A stretch of DNA of 64,000 nt from Nitrososphaeria archaeon (GCA_963752255.1 CAVVXT010000012.1:128001-192000); one strand, 5' to 3'; shown: positions 11,074 to 21,130, counted from the first letter of the stretch. The notes: generated from the letters alone by a model not told the origin. Program-made: numbers and translations.

Positions 11074-11109
11074 TTCCACGCTAAAACAGCTGTGCAAGTG
11101 TTAAAACTT

Positions 11110-11589
11110 CTATGGTTCCCTATCTAGATGCAATGAAATCTTAGAGAACCATTCTGGGACTTTGATATCTTGAATCCTCCTGTAAGGAGTATAAGGTTTG
11201 ATGTCTATAACAGGGGTGCCATCATAAACATCTAAACCACTGACTTGAATGAATCGATCGTCAAATTCGAGTGTTTTGACGATGCTTACACCCACAGGAT
11301 TGGGTCTTTTCGGAGAATCGCTTGCAAAGACCCCGACCTCAGGAAGGATATCAGGTGGTAAACCCGCTTGTTGAAGATGACGGAATCTAATCTTGAGCGT
11401 ATGTCTGGCCTCAACGCTAACTCTATCAAGAAAGGTGATCAGAATCAGATGTGAAAACCCTTCAATGGAATTCAGCCCTTCCCGGAAATCTTGGAACACT
11501 TCTATCCTGCCCTCCACCGAACCTGATTTGGACAAATCTTCATCCTTAACGTCTGTGTGAACCACTCCAATAGGTGTTAATTCGAACAT
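11110..11589 (-). CDS. tsaA: tRNA m6t6A37 methyltransferase TsaA/TrmO family
   Basis: FELTPIGVVH, GVFASDSPKRPNPVG, DGTPVIDIKPY; ATG at 11589 preferred as start. Confidence 0.88.
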   Translation of the reverse strand: MFELTPIGVVHTDVKDEDLSKSGSVEGRIEVFQDFREGLNSIEGFSHLILITFLDRVSVEARHTLKIRFRHLQQAGLPPDILPEVGVFASDSPKRPNPVGVSIVKTLEFDDRFIQVSGLDVYDGTPVIDIKPYTPYRRIQDIKVPEWFSKISLHLDREP

Positions 11590-11750
11590 GTTGTTATAAC
11601 CTAGGCGTCGTTCTTTAAATCTTTTGGGTATCTGAAATAACGGGAACAAGATGACTTCAATCTGATGGAACTGTATTTTACAATCAAGCTATGTTGGAAG
11701 TTCAAGAAAAAATCGTTGCACGGAATAAATGATAGAAAGTAGGTTGGAAT

Positions 11751-12056
11751 CTACAGTCGACGATCTTTCCGCATTCTTTCAAATAGCGCGTCAACGTCTT
11801 TGCATCTTAATATCAGAACAGTTTTCCCTGATATGCCTAAGCTTGAGACAGTCTCCAAGTCTTCTAGTTTTTGCCTCTTTAACTCTAAAAAATAGAGGTC
11901 ATCATATGGCAAATTGAGGTGTTTTAGAACAGCTTCCTTTATTTTGCTAACTGTTGTAACGGAGTCGACATTCACTTTAATAATGTCTCGTGAAAAGACT
12001 GGCTTTTTTGAAGAATAGGAACTGGAATAGTCCACAGAAATTGTTAAGCTTGACAT
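11751..12056 (-). CDS. Ubiquitin-like (beta-grasp) protein without C-terminal GG
   Basis: By-eye alignment to ubiquitin: TTVSKIKEAV~DTIENVKAKI, LP~IP, QKLEDLETVSSLGI~KQLEDGRTLSDYNI, TVLIL~STLHL; starts 7 bp after the htpX stop. Confidence 0.65.
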   Translation of the reverse strand: MSSLTISVDYSSSYSSKKPVFSRDIIKVNVDSVTTVSKIKEAVLKHLNLPYDDLYFLELKRQKLEDLETVSSLGISGKTVLILRCKDVDALFERMRKDRRL

Positions 12057-12063
12057 GCATTAT

Positions 12064-12963
12064 CTAAAATGTGTAGCCTGTCTTTCTTGAAATTTCTTCC
12101 AACCTTTTTATCCTTTTTTCAGTTGAGGGGTGGGTACTGAAAAGTTCGAGCATTGAATTGCCCCTGAACGGGTTTGCGATCCATAAAGATGCAGTTGAAG
12201 GCGAAGTGTTTATAGTGGCACCGCGGTGTATCATCTGCTCTATCTTTGACAACGAACTTATCAGAGAAAGAGGTTTCTTGGTTAGAATCGCACTCGCCTC
12301 ATCAGCATAATACTCTCTGTTTCTGGATATTGCTAACTGAACAAATGATGCAGCTAAAGGTGCTACTATCACCGCCCCAAGAGCAGTCGCGCCACTCCCT
12401 TTTTTACCGCCACCTCCCGAAAGCATTAACATCATGATAACCATGCCGATGTACGAGATGGCTGTCGCAATAGATGCAGCGACTGTTGAAACCAGCATAT
12501 CTTTGTGAACAACGTGCCCTATTTCATGGCCTAGCACTGCCTCGACTTCGCTGTCATTCATAATATTTAACAGACCAGTTGTCGCGGCCACTACTGCATG
12601 GTCCTTACTTCTTCCGGTTGCAAAAGCATTGGGTTGCGGGCTATTAACTATAGCAATTTTAGGTTTTGGTATTTTAGCTTCATATGCTAACTTTGTAACT
12701 ATCGCGTGAAGTCTGGGAGCTTCATTTTCATCAACTATATGAGCGTGAGTAGATGCCAAAACCATCTTGTCGCTAGCAAAATACATGACAAAATTGATGC
12801 CGACCGCCATCAACAAAAACAACGCTGCTATTTCAATCCCTCCAATGATAAACCCTAACGCTACAAATATACCGCCTAGCAACGCAAATAACATTGTGAG
12901 CTTAAAATATGTACCTAAACTACTTCCATATGAGAGACTCATAGATATCAGTTTGTTAGGCAT
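12064..12963 (-). CDS. htpX: Membrane zinc metalloprotease HtpX (M48)
   Basis: PNAFATG, HEIGH, SRNREYYAD, FSTHP. Confidence 0.95.
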   Translation of the reverse strand: MPNKLISMSLSYGSSLGTYFKLTMLFALLGGIFVALGFIIGGIEIAALFLLMAVGINFVMYFASDKMVLASTHAHIVDENEAPRLHAIVTKLAYEAKIPKPKIAIVNSPQPNAFATGRSKDHAVVAATTGLLNIMNDSEVEAVLGHEIGHVVHKDMLVSTVAASIATAISYIGMVIMMLMLSGGGGKKGSGATALGAVIVAPLAASFVQLAISRNREYYADEASAILTKKPLSLISSLSKIEQMIHRGATINTSPSTASLWIANPFRGNSMLELFSTHPSTEKRIKRLEEISRKTGYTF

Positions 12964-13182
12964 CTTATAAACAAGATATAAACTTTGCTAAAAACGATAA
13001 AAAAAGGGTTTAGAAGTTATCAGTTTCAAATCTGGAAAGTTTCCATATACAACTTTACAGTTCTAAAATTTGGATTTAAACCATTAAAAAGTTTGTCGGT
13101 TCAGTTTCTTAAAAAATTAAGAACATAAGAGTTTATCAGACCCTCGCGCGTCAATTATTTATATTGTACACGATAATGGTCT

Positions 13183-13824
13183 TTGTTGGGATACAGGCTA
13201 ATATTCTTTGATCTCGACGGGACATTAATAACATGCAGAAGCAGCTGGCAGCTTATCCATCAAAGATTTGGCACCTTGGATCAAGCGAAAAAATCTCTTG
13301 AAGAGTATCGTAGCGGAAAGATCTCCTATCAAGAATTTATGGTTAAGGATACGTCCTCTTGGCTAAACAAAAGAGGGAGAATACACCTCAAAGAAATAGA
13401 GGAGATCTTATCAAAATATAGGTTTAAAAATGGAGTGAAAGATGTGATACTAAATCTTAGAGAAAAAGGCCTTAGTGTGATAATAATAACAGCTGGACTA
13501 AACCTACTCGCAGAAAAGGTTGGGGAAGAGCTTGGTGCGGATATCGTTCTATCGAATAGCCTTCGGGTAGACAGTCAAAACTTTCTAGTAGCTGGAGGCT
13601 TAGATATCGTTGATCCCCTCAAAAAAGACATGCTATTAAAAAAGGTCTCAGAAGAACGGAATGTCCCTTTAAGGGAAACTGTAGCTGTCGGAGATACCGT
13701 ATACGACCTGACTATGCTAAAAGCAGCGGGTTTAGGGTTATACTTTGGAAAAGTTGAAGATATAAAGCATTCCAATATTAAACCAATTCGAAACTTTTAC
13801 GAAATACTTGACTTTATTAAATGA
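13183..13824 (+). CDS. HAD-family phosphatase (phosphoserine phosphatase-like)
   Basis: FDLDGTL motif I; K...VGDTVYDLTML motif III/IV. Confidence 0.85.
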   Translation: MLGYRLIFFDLDGTLITCRSSWQLIHQRFGTLDQAKKSLEEYRSGKISYQEFMVKDTSSWLNKRGRIHLKEIEEILSKYRFKNGVKDVILNLREKGLSVIIITAGLNLLAEKVGEELGADIVLSNSLRVDSQNFLVAGGLDIVDPLKKDMLLKKVSEERNVPLRETVAVGDTVYDLTMLKAAGLGLYFGKVEDIKHSNIKPIRNFYEILDFIK

Positions 13825-14043
13825 AACGGGTCCATTCCCGTTTGTTCCCAGTCGCAAAACACTTAAATTTAGCGGAAAAGGCTAAAACAGAACTTAAGGC
13901 TTTCATTTTGCCTTCAAAAGATAGTAATAATGCTTTTGCATATCCCTTTATAATGGTTTTACAATAATTTTCAAGATATTATTTAATAATCGTCTAAGAA
14001 AGAAAACTATATAAAAGCACGACAAGTAATTCATTCGAAGATT

Positions 14044-14655
14044 ATGGAAAAAATACTTGTATACACTCTACCGAAGTTGCCATATGGCTACTCAGATTTA
14101 GCACCAAACATATCGGAGGAACAGTTGAGAATACACCACACAAAACACCATCAAGGATACGTCAATAACATAAATGCAGCTTTCGAAAAACTGGATAAGG
14201 CAATAAAAGAAGGCACCGACATCGACAGGAAAGCGTTCTGGAAAGATTTGTCCTTCAACTTGGGCGGACATGTTCTACATTCCCTATTCTGGCCAAATAT
14301 GGCGCCGGCGGGCAAAGGGGGTGGAAGTCCTGGTGGAAAACTTGCAGACAACATAAATGCTAGTTTTGGAAGCCTTGAAAGGTTCAAAAAAGAATTTAGT
14401 CAGACAGCGAATACTGCAGAAGGCTCTGGCTGGGCGGCGCTCACCTTTTCTCCAGAATCCAACAGACTTGCTATCATGCAGATAGAGAAACATAATGTTA
14501 ATGTTTTCCCAAATCACTCCATACTGATGGCTCTTGATGTATGGGAGCACGCATACTACCTAGACTACAAGAATGAAAGATCCAAGTTCGTGGAAGCATT
14601 TTGGAACATCATAAACTGGAATGAAGTAAACAAAAGACTGGAAAAATTGATTTAG
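14044..14655 (+). CDS. sod: Fe/Mn superoxide dismutase
   Basis: [28 protein letters not shown]. Confidence 0.97.
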   Translation: MEKILVYTLPKLPYGYSDLAPNISEEQLRIHHTKHHQGYVNNINAAFEKLDKAIKEGTDIDRKAFWKDLSFNLGGHVLHSLFWPNMAPAGKGGGSPGGKLADNINASFGSLERFKKEFSQTANTAEGSGWAALTFSPESNRLAIMQIEKHNVNVFPNHSILMALDVWEHAYYLDYKNERSKFVEAFWNIINWNEVNKRLEKLI

Positions 14656-14777
14656 AAAATTTTTCCACCCAATCCCTTTTTATTTTATTAATCAGTATTT
14701 TATTTTCAACTATTATTTCATCATTCCTTTTATATTTTGTTTCTATAGAATATTCTTTAATAAAAATCATATTTTCT

Positions 14778-16202
14778 TTAAATAGTTGCTATAAATCCAT
14801 GCGTTACGTCGGCAATTGATTGAATAAGTGGATGTCTGATTTTTGAGGGATCTTTAATTTTTTCTAACCTGTGAACTCTAAAGTAGATGGGTGGGTGAGC
14901 CTCCAAACTTAACCATTCCTGGATTCGGTACGACCGCATCCGTTCATAAAGAAGCCTCTTGAAACCTATCTTCTGGAGGGCTCCTGCTAGAACCTGTGGT
15001 TGCTGGATTACCATAGCCGAAATAAGGTCGGCTCTGGCTTCAAGACATTTTGCTATGGAAAAGAAGATGGCTGAGATAACCCAAAAGTATATGAAGAAAA
15101 GTAAGAGGGATGAGACAAAGGGTATAAACACAAAGAAGTAGATAAGGTACTGAATTGCATTTAGGCCATACAGTAAAAGTGGGTCTCGTCCTTTTAAATG
15201 TCCGAACTCGTGACCTAAGACGTTTATGATCTCAGCTTCTTCGAGCTGAACAAGAAGACCTGTCGTAATCATGACGAGTCCGCGACTTGGGCTAGGTCCT
15301 GACGCAGACGCGTTAGGGAGTAAAGTATTTGCAACAACGATTTTAGGCATCTTGTACCCGAATTTGTCCGCTGTAGTTTTGACCATCTGGTAGACGTTTA
15401 CTTTTTTAGAAACCAAATCCTCTGGCCTGCAATCTAGTCCGTATTTGGTAAAGATCTCGTGAACTGTTTGGCAGTCAATTTCTCCATCTTTTAAAACCGT
15501 CTTCTCGTATACTTCGCGCTTGAGTGCAATTAGTTGTTCTTTTGTAAATTTTTTCCTGATCATATCAGCTTCCTGTGAAGGCAAGTGATATTCAAGAAAA
15601 TGGATAGTCGGATTGCGCTCTGTTATTCGCCAATCTCCTACCCTGGCGACAATTTTGCTTGAGTAAAGGACAACGACCAATTGAATACCTAAAAAAGGAA
15701 TCAGGGCGTAACCACCTAAAAACGTGAAAACCACTATACCGACGCCGATAAACAGAATTAGAATGAGAATCTGTGTCTCAATAAGGAGCCGGTTAAGAGA
15801 CCTTTCTTTTCCAGTAAGGCGTTCTGGAACTATCTTTTCACCCTCCTCCCATGCAAAAAATAAAGTGCTCCTTCTAAGTTGTTCTTCAAAAAGGTCGATC
15901 GAGATTTCGATATCTTCTTTTGCTTCAATAATCTTTTCTTCCGTCACCGTGTCGTCAAAGGTCTTTATAATGATCTGAATAGGCTCACTAGCTATAACCT
16001 TCTCGTCAAACTTCTGCCTAGTGTCCGGCATTGTAAAGCTGAAGGAAAGGTAAGGATCACCATCAGTTATATCCTTTAAGACGTTTTCGAACATCTTTTC
16101 CTGGGGTAGAATGTATCTTTGATGTATGAAATCCAAAAGATTTATTCTGAGGTTGGGAGGTAATTTTGTTCCAACTGTGTAGGTAAAAGTTCTTTCGGCC
16201 AT
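14778..16202 (-). CDS. M48-family zinc protease with long N-terminal extension
   Basis: PNASASGP, HEFGH, EARAD and HPP in the C-terminal half; about 270 aa N-terminal part containing a two-helix TM hairpin. Confidence 0.85.
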   Translation of the reverse strand: MAERTFTYTVGTKLPPNLRINLLDFIHQRYILPQEKMFENVLKDITDGDPYLSFSFTMPDTRQKFDEKVIASEPIQIIIKTFDDTVTEEKIIEAKEDIEISIDLFEEQLRRSTLFFAWEEGEKIVPERLTGKERSLNRLLIETQILILILFIGVGIVVFTFLGGYALIPFLGIQLVVVLYSSKIVARVGDWRITERNPTIHFLEYHLPSQEADMIRKKFTKEQLIALKREVYEKTVLKDGEIDCQTVHEIFTKYGLDCRPEDLVSKKVNVYQMVKTTADKFGYKMPKIVVANTLLPNASASGPSPSRGLVMITTGLLVQLEEAEIINVLGHEFGHLKGRDPLLLYGLNAIQYLIYFFVFIPFVSSLLLFFIYFWVISAIFFSIAKCLEARADLISAMVIQQPQVLAGALQKIGFKRLLYERMRSYRIQEWLSLEAHPPIYFRVHRLEKIKDPSKIRHPLIQSIADVTHGFIATI

Positions 16203-16481
16203 CCTTACGTAATGCACAACTCTTTCTGTGTTTATAAATTTTGACTTTAGGGCCCATTAAATGGAGTCTTTGCAATTGTGATTATTGCTGATTATCAAGA
16301 TATTAAAAAGTCTTAAGAACAATAGCGCCTTAACAATTCATCATAAATTAGCTCTTTTTTTCATTTTGACTTTAATAAATTTCTTAATTCTAGATTTGAT
16401 TATTAAGTGTTCCGGATACGGGGCAATCCTTTTTTTATTCTAGAAAATCTTTTAGGTAGGAACAATAAACCGTCAAATAAT

Positions 16482-16557
16482 AGCCCGGTGGTGCAGCGGT
16501 CAAGCACAGCGGCCTCTGGAGCCGCAAACACCAGTTCGAATCTGGTCCGGGCTACCA
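16482..16557 (+). tRNA. tRNA-Gln(CTG), intronless, CCA encoded
   Basis: Acceptor stem AGCCCGG/CCGGGCT with archaeal A1-U72, anticodon arm GCGGC-CTCTGGA-GCCGC, T arm ACCAG-TTCGAAT-CTGGT, ends ACCA. Confidence 0.97.
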
Positions 16558-17217
16558 CATCACCCACCGATGTTTTAGCGATAGATGCACTCCCATGTGC
16601 AGTTGGCTTTTAAAAGCTTAGGGTAAGCATCACCCTAAATCGCTGATTCTGCTCTGCCGGATTTAGCGATAGAACACATCTCAGGAAAGGGAGGCGTTAA
16701 AAAAATCGAGATAACACAATCGCTGATCTACCTATCGATACCCCAAAAAAATGAGGTTATTTAAAAAAAATTGAACTAACTTCAAACTGTTGCATCTCGG
16801 ACTAAAGCTCATGTGTCAGGTTACCCACGAATATAACCTACCAGTACCAGTTAAGACACTTTTTGACCTGTCTGGTATGAGTTTAGCGAGACGTGGAAAG
16901 GTTCACTTTAGTGAAAAACACCTATTCTGCTAGTATGGCGACCATTGAGAACAGGATTAATGTTTTCCTTTTATCTATCACCTTTTCCATGTCACCTCTT
17001 GTGATTGTGGATATATTGCAATTTATTAAAGAGTTTTTCAGAATCCAACCAAAATGTACTCCTAATTTTACACAAATTATACCAAATTTAAGATGAGGCA
17101 GTTTGTAGGCATCTTGTTCACTGAGGATCCAATACCACACTGGGAACATTCAAACAAACAAAAAATGCAACTACTTAAAACGGAAAGTTAGATTTAAAAA
17201 AAGGAGATAATGGCTAG

Positions 17218-17625
17218 TTGTGAATATTAAATACTCTTATAAGGGAGAAGGTTCTTTCTAATACTTAAGTGATAAAATGATCTTTATCAGTTTAATGAAG
17301 AACAGGCAGAAGCTAACAAAGGAATGTTTAGCTGAAAGCTCGAAGAACATGGAAAAAGACAAGAAAGAAGGAATAAAGTATCTTGGAATATATTATACAC
17401 TAGGCAGATACGACAACGTCGTCATAATGGAAGCGCCTGATGAAAAAACAGCTATGAAAGCCTCCATCAGAAAAGGAGAACATCTTGCAAGTGAGACGCT
17501 CGTCGCAGTACCCGCAGAAGAAGCCAGAAAACTCGTCGAATAATTAAGACACACCTTCACAACATTTTTTTGATATATTATAACGCATATGATATTTTTT
17601 GAGTTAGTTTATTCATAGCCTTTGT
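17218..17625 (+). repeat. About 410-bp direct repeat, copy A (promoter + GYD gene + 3' flank)
   Basis: Matches 21880-22275; upstream 59 bp differ at one base; 3' flank ACACCTTCACAACATTTTTT...TTTTTTGAGTTAGTTTAT is shared. Confidence 0.95.
17277..17543 (+). CDS. GYD-domain protein (copy A)
   Basis: YYTLGRYD..VIMEAPDE..SETLVAVP family pattern. Confidence 0.9.
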   Translation: MIFISLMKNRQKLTKECLAESSKNMEKDKKEGIKYLGIYYTLGRYDNVVIMEAPDEKTAMKASIRKGEHLASETLVAVPAEEARKLVE

Positions 17626-17858
17626 TGGGTTTTTATTTGTAATTAATTATCTCTATTCTAATTTCACTACAGAACCACTCTCTAAGAGTTTGTGGAATTA
17701 TCTATATATTCGTCTCTCTATATGCCTTACGAGACCAATTTTGCAAAGTTCTTTTAGGAATATGATCTTTTAATCCAGATTTGATCAGATATTCTTTGGC
17801 TTCATTATTGAACACATTTCAAAACTATTTTTTCTTAGCTGCTGAGCTGCTGAATTAC

Positions 17859-19457
17859 TCAAAGGTCAGAGTCACCAGCAGACGAGTACCTTCTAAGAGC
17901 GTCCCTAACCACGCTTCTCATACTTGCAGATACGAATGGCTGGAACGGAGCAAGATATCTCACGCCCTTCGCCTTTGCAATCGCTTGGCCGTCATTTTCA
18001 CTCAGATATCCGGTAAGGAACGCTTCAGCGACAAGCTTCATCCCTTCCTCTTTAGCCGCGTCCTTTGCGGAATAGTAGAGAAACTCGGCGAGATCCCACG
18101 CCGTATCACCATTCTCCACGGCCTGCTCGAGGTCGAAAAGATAGATTTCATCTTTGCACACGATTGCGTTCTCTGCCTTCGTGTCCCCATATACCAAGCC
18201 AGCCTTGTGCAACTTGCCCAATATTTTGCCATACTTTACGATGTACTTCGTTCCGGTTCCTTTCCCATCCGTTACCTCCTCGACGAACTTAGAGAGTGAT
18301 ACCCCCTTGACATACGCGGTAACCAGAATCCTTTCGTGAAAGGCAATGCCGATTATATTATGAGTTCTTATTCCAAGTTTACGTACTCGCTTGACAGCCT
18401 CGTACTCTCTCTGGAGTCTTGAAAGTGGGCTCATGTCGAATTTCTTAGCAGTAAAAGCCCACAGGTTGAGCAATCCCCACTTTATGGACTTGAGATCAGG
18501 AAAGTGTTTGAGGATATAGTACATGTGCTTTCCATGACCCGAAATTTCGAGCAGCTCAGTGGAAGTGTAGATCTCTCCCTTTTTCTCCATTTTATGGCTA
18601 TAGGTTTTGCCGAAGCCGGACATCTGAGCAAGCTCTTCGGTTATCCTGTTTACATCATCAAAAAGAAGCCCTTCCTCAAGGCAAAGCAGCCTCTTCGGCC
18701 GGTTGAGTTCAACCAATGGTTCGACCGTTCCTCCCATCCTTCCCACTTTAGAGAGAGCTTCAGTCTTGACGATCTCGCTTCCCACTTCTCTAGTGAATCC
18801 ATGAATCGGGTACTGGGCAACGCCTGTACTCATGGGCGAAAACATTGAGACAATCTTGGAAAGTAAGCTCGCACTAGACATACTGCGGTTGACCCTGACC
18901 GATTCATTAGTACTTTCCAATATCCCTTGTGAAGCAAGAAATGCTGCCGCTTCTCGGAACCCACGAACCGTGAACTCCTTGTTCTCTTTCCTACGAGCAC
19001 ATGTATAAGTGTGATCGTAGCTGTAAATCACATGTGGGTAGACAAGAGCCCTTTTATGCAGCTTATCGAAAAGAAAGTATTCGTAAGGAATGATTAAGTT
19101 TGAAGAAAAGTCGCCGTAGTCTGAATGGATTTCGATCAGCTCTTCAGCTATGACCCTCTTTTTGTATTCGACTTCTACACTCCGCAAGAACTCTGGGTTA
19201 ACTATGGGTTCATAGATGTTCAAAAGCCTGCCTACGACGAACTCATCAAGAGAAGATTGCTTTGCATCTTCTCGCAGAGCGGTCTCCTCGACGATGATCG
19301 CTGATGACTGAATGGGCTCTTGGTTTTGTACGTACCTTATGCTTTCATCGAAGTCCTTCGCAACTATGATCATGTCATAACCAGAATCTTCTCTCGCATA
19401 GCCCGCAACCTTAGAGCCGTAAGCACAAATGGAAGATATCTTCTCTTTCCCGACCAA
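17859..19457 (-). CDS. Nucleotidyltransferase-like domain fused to a Bud32/RIO/Kdo-like kinase
   Basis: N-terminal CAYGSKVAGYAREDSGYDMIIV (pol-beta NTase motif); C-terminal YILKHF, REYE, YGDTKAEN, FDLEQA, WDLAEF; the true start is probably further upstream (~19543). Confidence 0.8.
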   Translation of the reverse strand: MVGKEKISSICAYGSKVAGYAREDSGYDMIIVAKDFDESIRYVQNQEPIQSSAIIVEETALREDAKQSSLDEFVVGRLLNIYEPIVNPEFLRSVEVEYKKRVIAEELIEIHSDYGDFSSNLIIPYEYFLFDKLHKRALVYPHVIYSYDHTYTCARRKENKEFTVRGFREAAAFLASQGILESTNESVRVNRSMSSASLLSKIVSMFSPMSTGVAQYPIHGFTREVGSEIVKTEALSKVGRMGGTVEPLVELNRPKRLLCLEEGLLFDDVNRITEELAQMSGFGKTYSHKMEKKGEIYTSTELLEISGHGKHMYYILKHFPDLKSIKWGLLNLWAFTAKKFDMSPLSRLQREYEAVKRVRKLGIRTHNIIGIAFHERILVTAYVKGVSLSKFVEEVTDGKGTGTKYIVKYGKILGKLHKAGLVYGDTKAENAIVCKDEIYLFDLEQAVENGDTAWDLAEFLYYSAKDAAKEEGMKLVAEAFLTGYLSENDGQAIAKAKGVRYLAPFQPFVSASMRSVVRDALRRYSSAGDSDL

Positions 19458-19948
19458 GGATTCGGCAAGGGTGCGCAGCTTAGATTTCTCCCTTGCAGTC
19501 AGCCTGCTCTTCAGGGTTCCATCTCCTCTTTTATCCCGAGCATGACCTAAGTCAGGACGGCCTATGATTTAAAAGTAGTTCGAGTGGGAAACAATTGGTC
19601 AAAATCATTGGTTGATAGAACGCCATCTTTCTGAAAAACTTTTCAAATCTAATAGGAATCGAATTTTTTTTCTTCTACGTTGTCTTCTTCGGTTTTTTAA
19701 TTGATGGCTATTTGGTTTTGAAGTGAGTTCCTAAATAGCTTAAGATTTTCTATTTGATCCCTCATGAAGATTTTCGCTTTGTTAGGATATGAGGAATTGC
19801 CGTGGTCGATCCAACCTCATGTGTCGATGTGGGCGCTGGCGAGCAGCAGGCTGGGCGCGCTCAACTTTATATTAGGTATTCTGCAAACGTAATATCCTTC
19901 ACTTCATTAACAAAAGGATTTATTAACCCCAAAGTGTATCCAATAATC

Positions 19949-20119
19949 ATGAGCAAAGAAGAAGTAAAGGGAAAAGGTAAACAAATCAAGGGAAAGATTC
20001 GTGAAGAAGTAGGCAAATTGACGGATAACAAAACGGAACAGCTTAAAGGTAAGATTGAGAAAGCTGAAGGGAAAGCCGAAGAGGAAATAGGGAAAGCAAA
20101 AAGAAAGGCAAAAGATTAA
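19949..20119 (+). CDS. CsbD-family stress protein, 56 aa
   Basis: MSKEEVKGKGKQIKGKIREEVGKLTDNKTEQLKGKIEKAEGKAEEEIGKAK matches the CsbD pattern; TATA-like TTTATTAA about 25 bp upstream. Confidence 0.88.
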   Translation: MSKEEVKGKGKQIKGKIREEVGKLTDNKTEQLKGKIEKAEGKAEEEIGKAKRKAKD

Positions 20120-20211
20120 GAGAATGATCTCCCTCTGATCTGAGTTACTTTTATTTTTTTTCTCGAGTTGCTTATAGCTAAAACTTTTTCATTTGGACTG
20201 CCCTATAGCTT

Positions 20212-20355
20212 TCAATGTTGCGCATATTCTAGACCTCTCTTCCTTCTTGCTTTTTTCTTCTGTCCTTTGCTTCTTTCACCAAACCCGCTTCCAACTGTGG
20301 ATTTCCTTTGCTTGTCTTTTCCCACCGTATATTCTGTCTTCTTCTTCGCTGGCAT
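20212..20355 (-). CDS. Small highly basic protein, 47 aa (not in ORF track)
   Basis: MPAKKKTEYTVGKDKQRKSTVGSGFGERSKGQKKKARRKRGLEYAQH; TTTAAA box about 25 bp before the ATG. Confidence 0.5.
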   Translation of the reverse strand: MPAKKKTEYTVGKDKQRKSTVGSGFGERSKGQKKKARRKRGLEYAQH

Positions 20356-20980
20356 TAACCATCGGGACAGTATTCAAAGTTTAAAGATTTAATCTTAATA
20401 TTAACAGAGTACCCCTCTTTATTCAAAATAGTTACAGACTAAGGAAAATATCTATTTATATATTTTATAACAATACTTTCAGATTTGCCTTTTCATTATT
20501 TTTCCTTTAATATTGTAGGACGATAGTCATAAAATGTAATCAAAATCAGATATAAAAAATAGTTAAGAGAATCATTTGGCAACTTTTAATATTAAATTAC
20601 AAAAAAGCATAACCACATAGGAACGGTTTTTAGAGTAAACTTTATAGACTATATATATCATGGAAGAAATCTCTATTTAACTGGTGGATAAGGTCTCCTT
20701 TATATAGGAGGACCACTAATTTATTCTTGATAGATATGTGTCTTAACAGATTTTACACCGTTAAAGGAGGCTATCTCACTAAGAGCATAAGCTATCAATG
20801 TCGACTTAGAAGCTTTAGAAACAGCTAACTAATCTTAATTGTGATCCTAGCTCTTCCTCTCTTTGTATCATTGTTTTCAAGTTTATTTATTGAATCGAAC
20901 TGGTTATCTCCCAAGTGTGGAATCCTTAAAAAAGATACTATAAAGATCACAGGGACTGTCGCTGACGATATGTTCTTCGC

Positions 20981-21130
20981 TTAACCCAATACAACTAATA
21001 CAATGCCGCAGACAGTTCTCAGTAATCTTCCTACTTGAAAGTACCAGGGATGTTTGTCGTACCACCAGTACCAGATGTTTGAGGCTCCCTCTATTGCTAC
21101 GAAGGCTCCTATTCCCTTTATCCAGATCAT
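20981..21130 (-). CDS. Small membrane protein, 49 aa (not in ORF track)
   Basis: MIWIKGIGAFVAIEGASNIWYWWYDKHPWYFQVGRLLRTVCGIVLVVLG has two hydrophobic segments; ATGA overlap with an upstream Cys-containing ORF. Confidence 0.55.
   Translation of the reverse strand: MIWIKGIGAFVAIEGASNIWYWWYDKHPWYFQVGRLLRTVCGIVLVVLG

Noticed and set aside
16407-16613. 68-aa ORF
   Set aside because: Spans the tRNA-Gln gene; spurious.
16922-17149. 75-aa minus-strand ORF
   Set aside because: Only the last 22 codons (SD GAGGTGA + MEKVIDKRKTLILFSMVAILAE*) look gene-like, as a signal-peptide remnant; too little to call.
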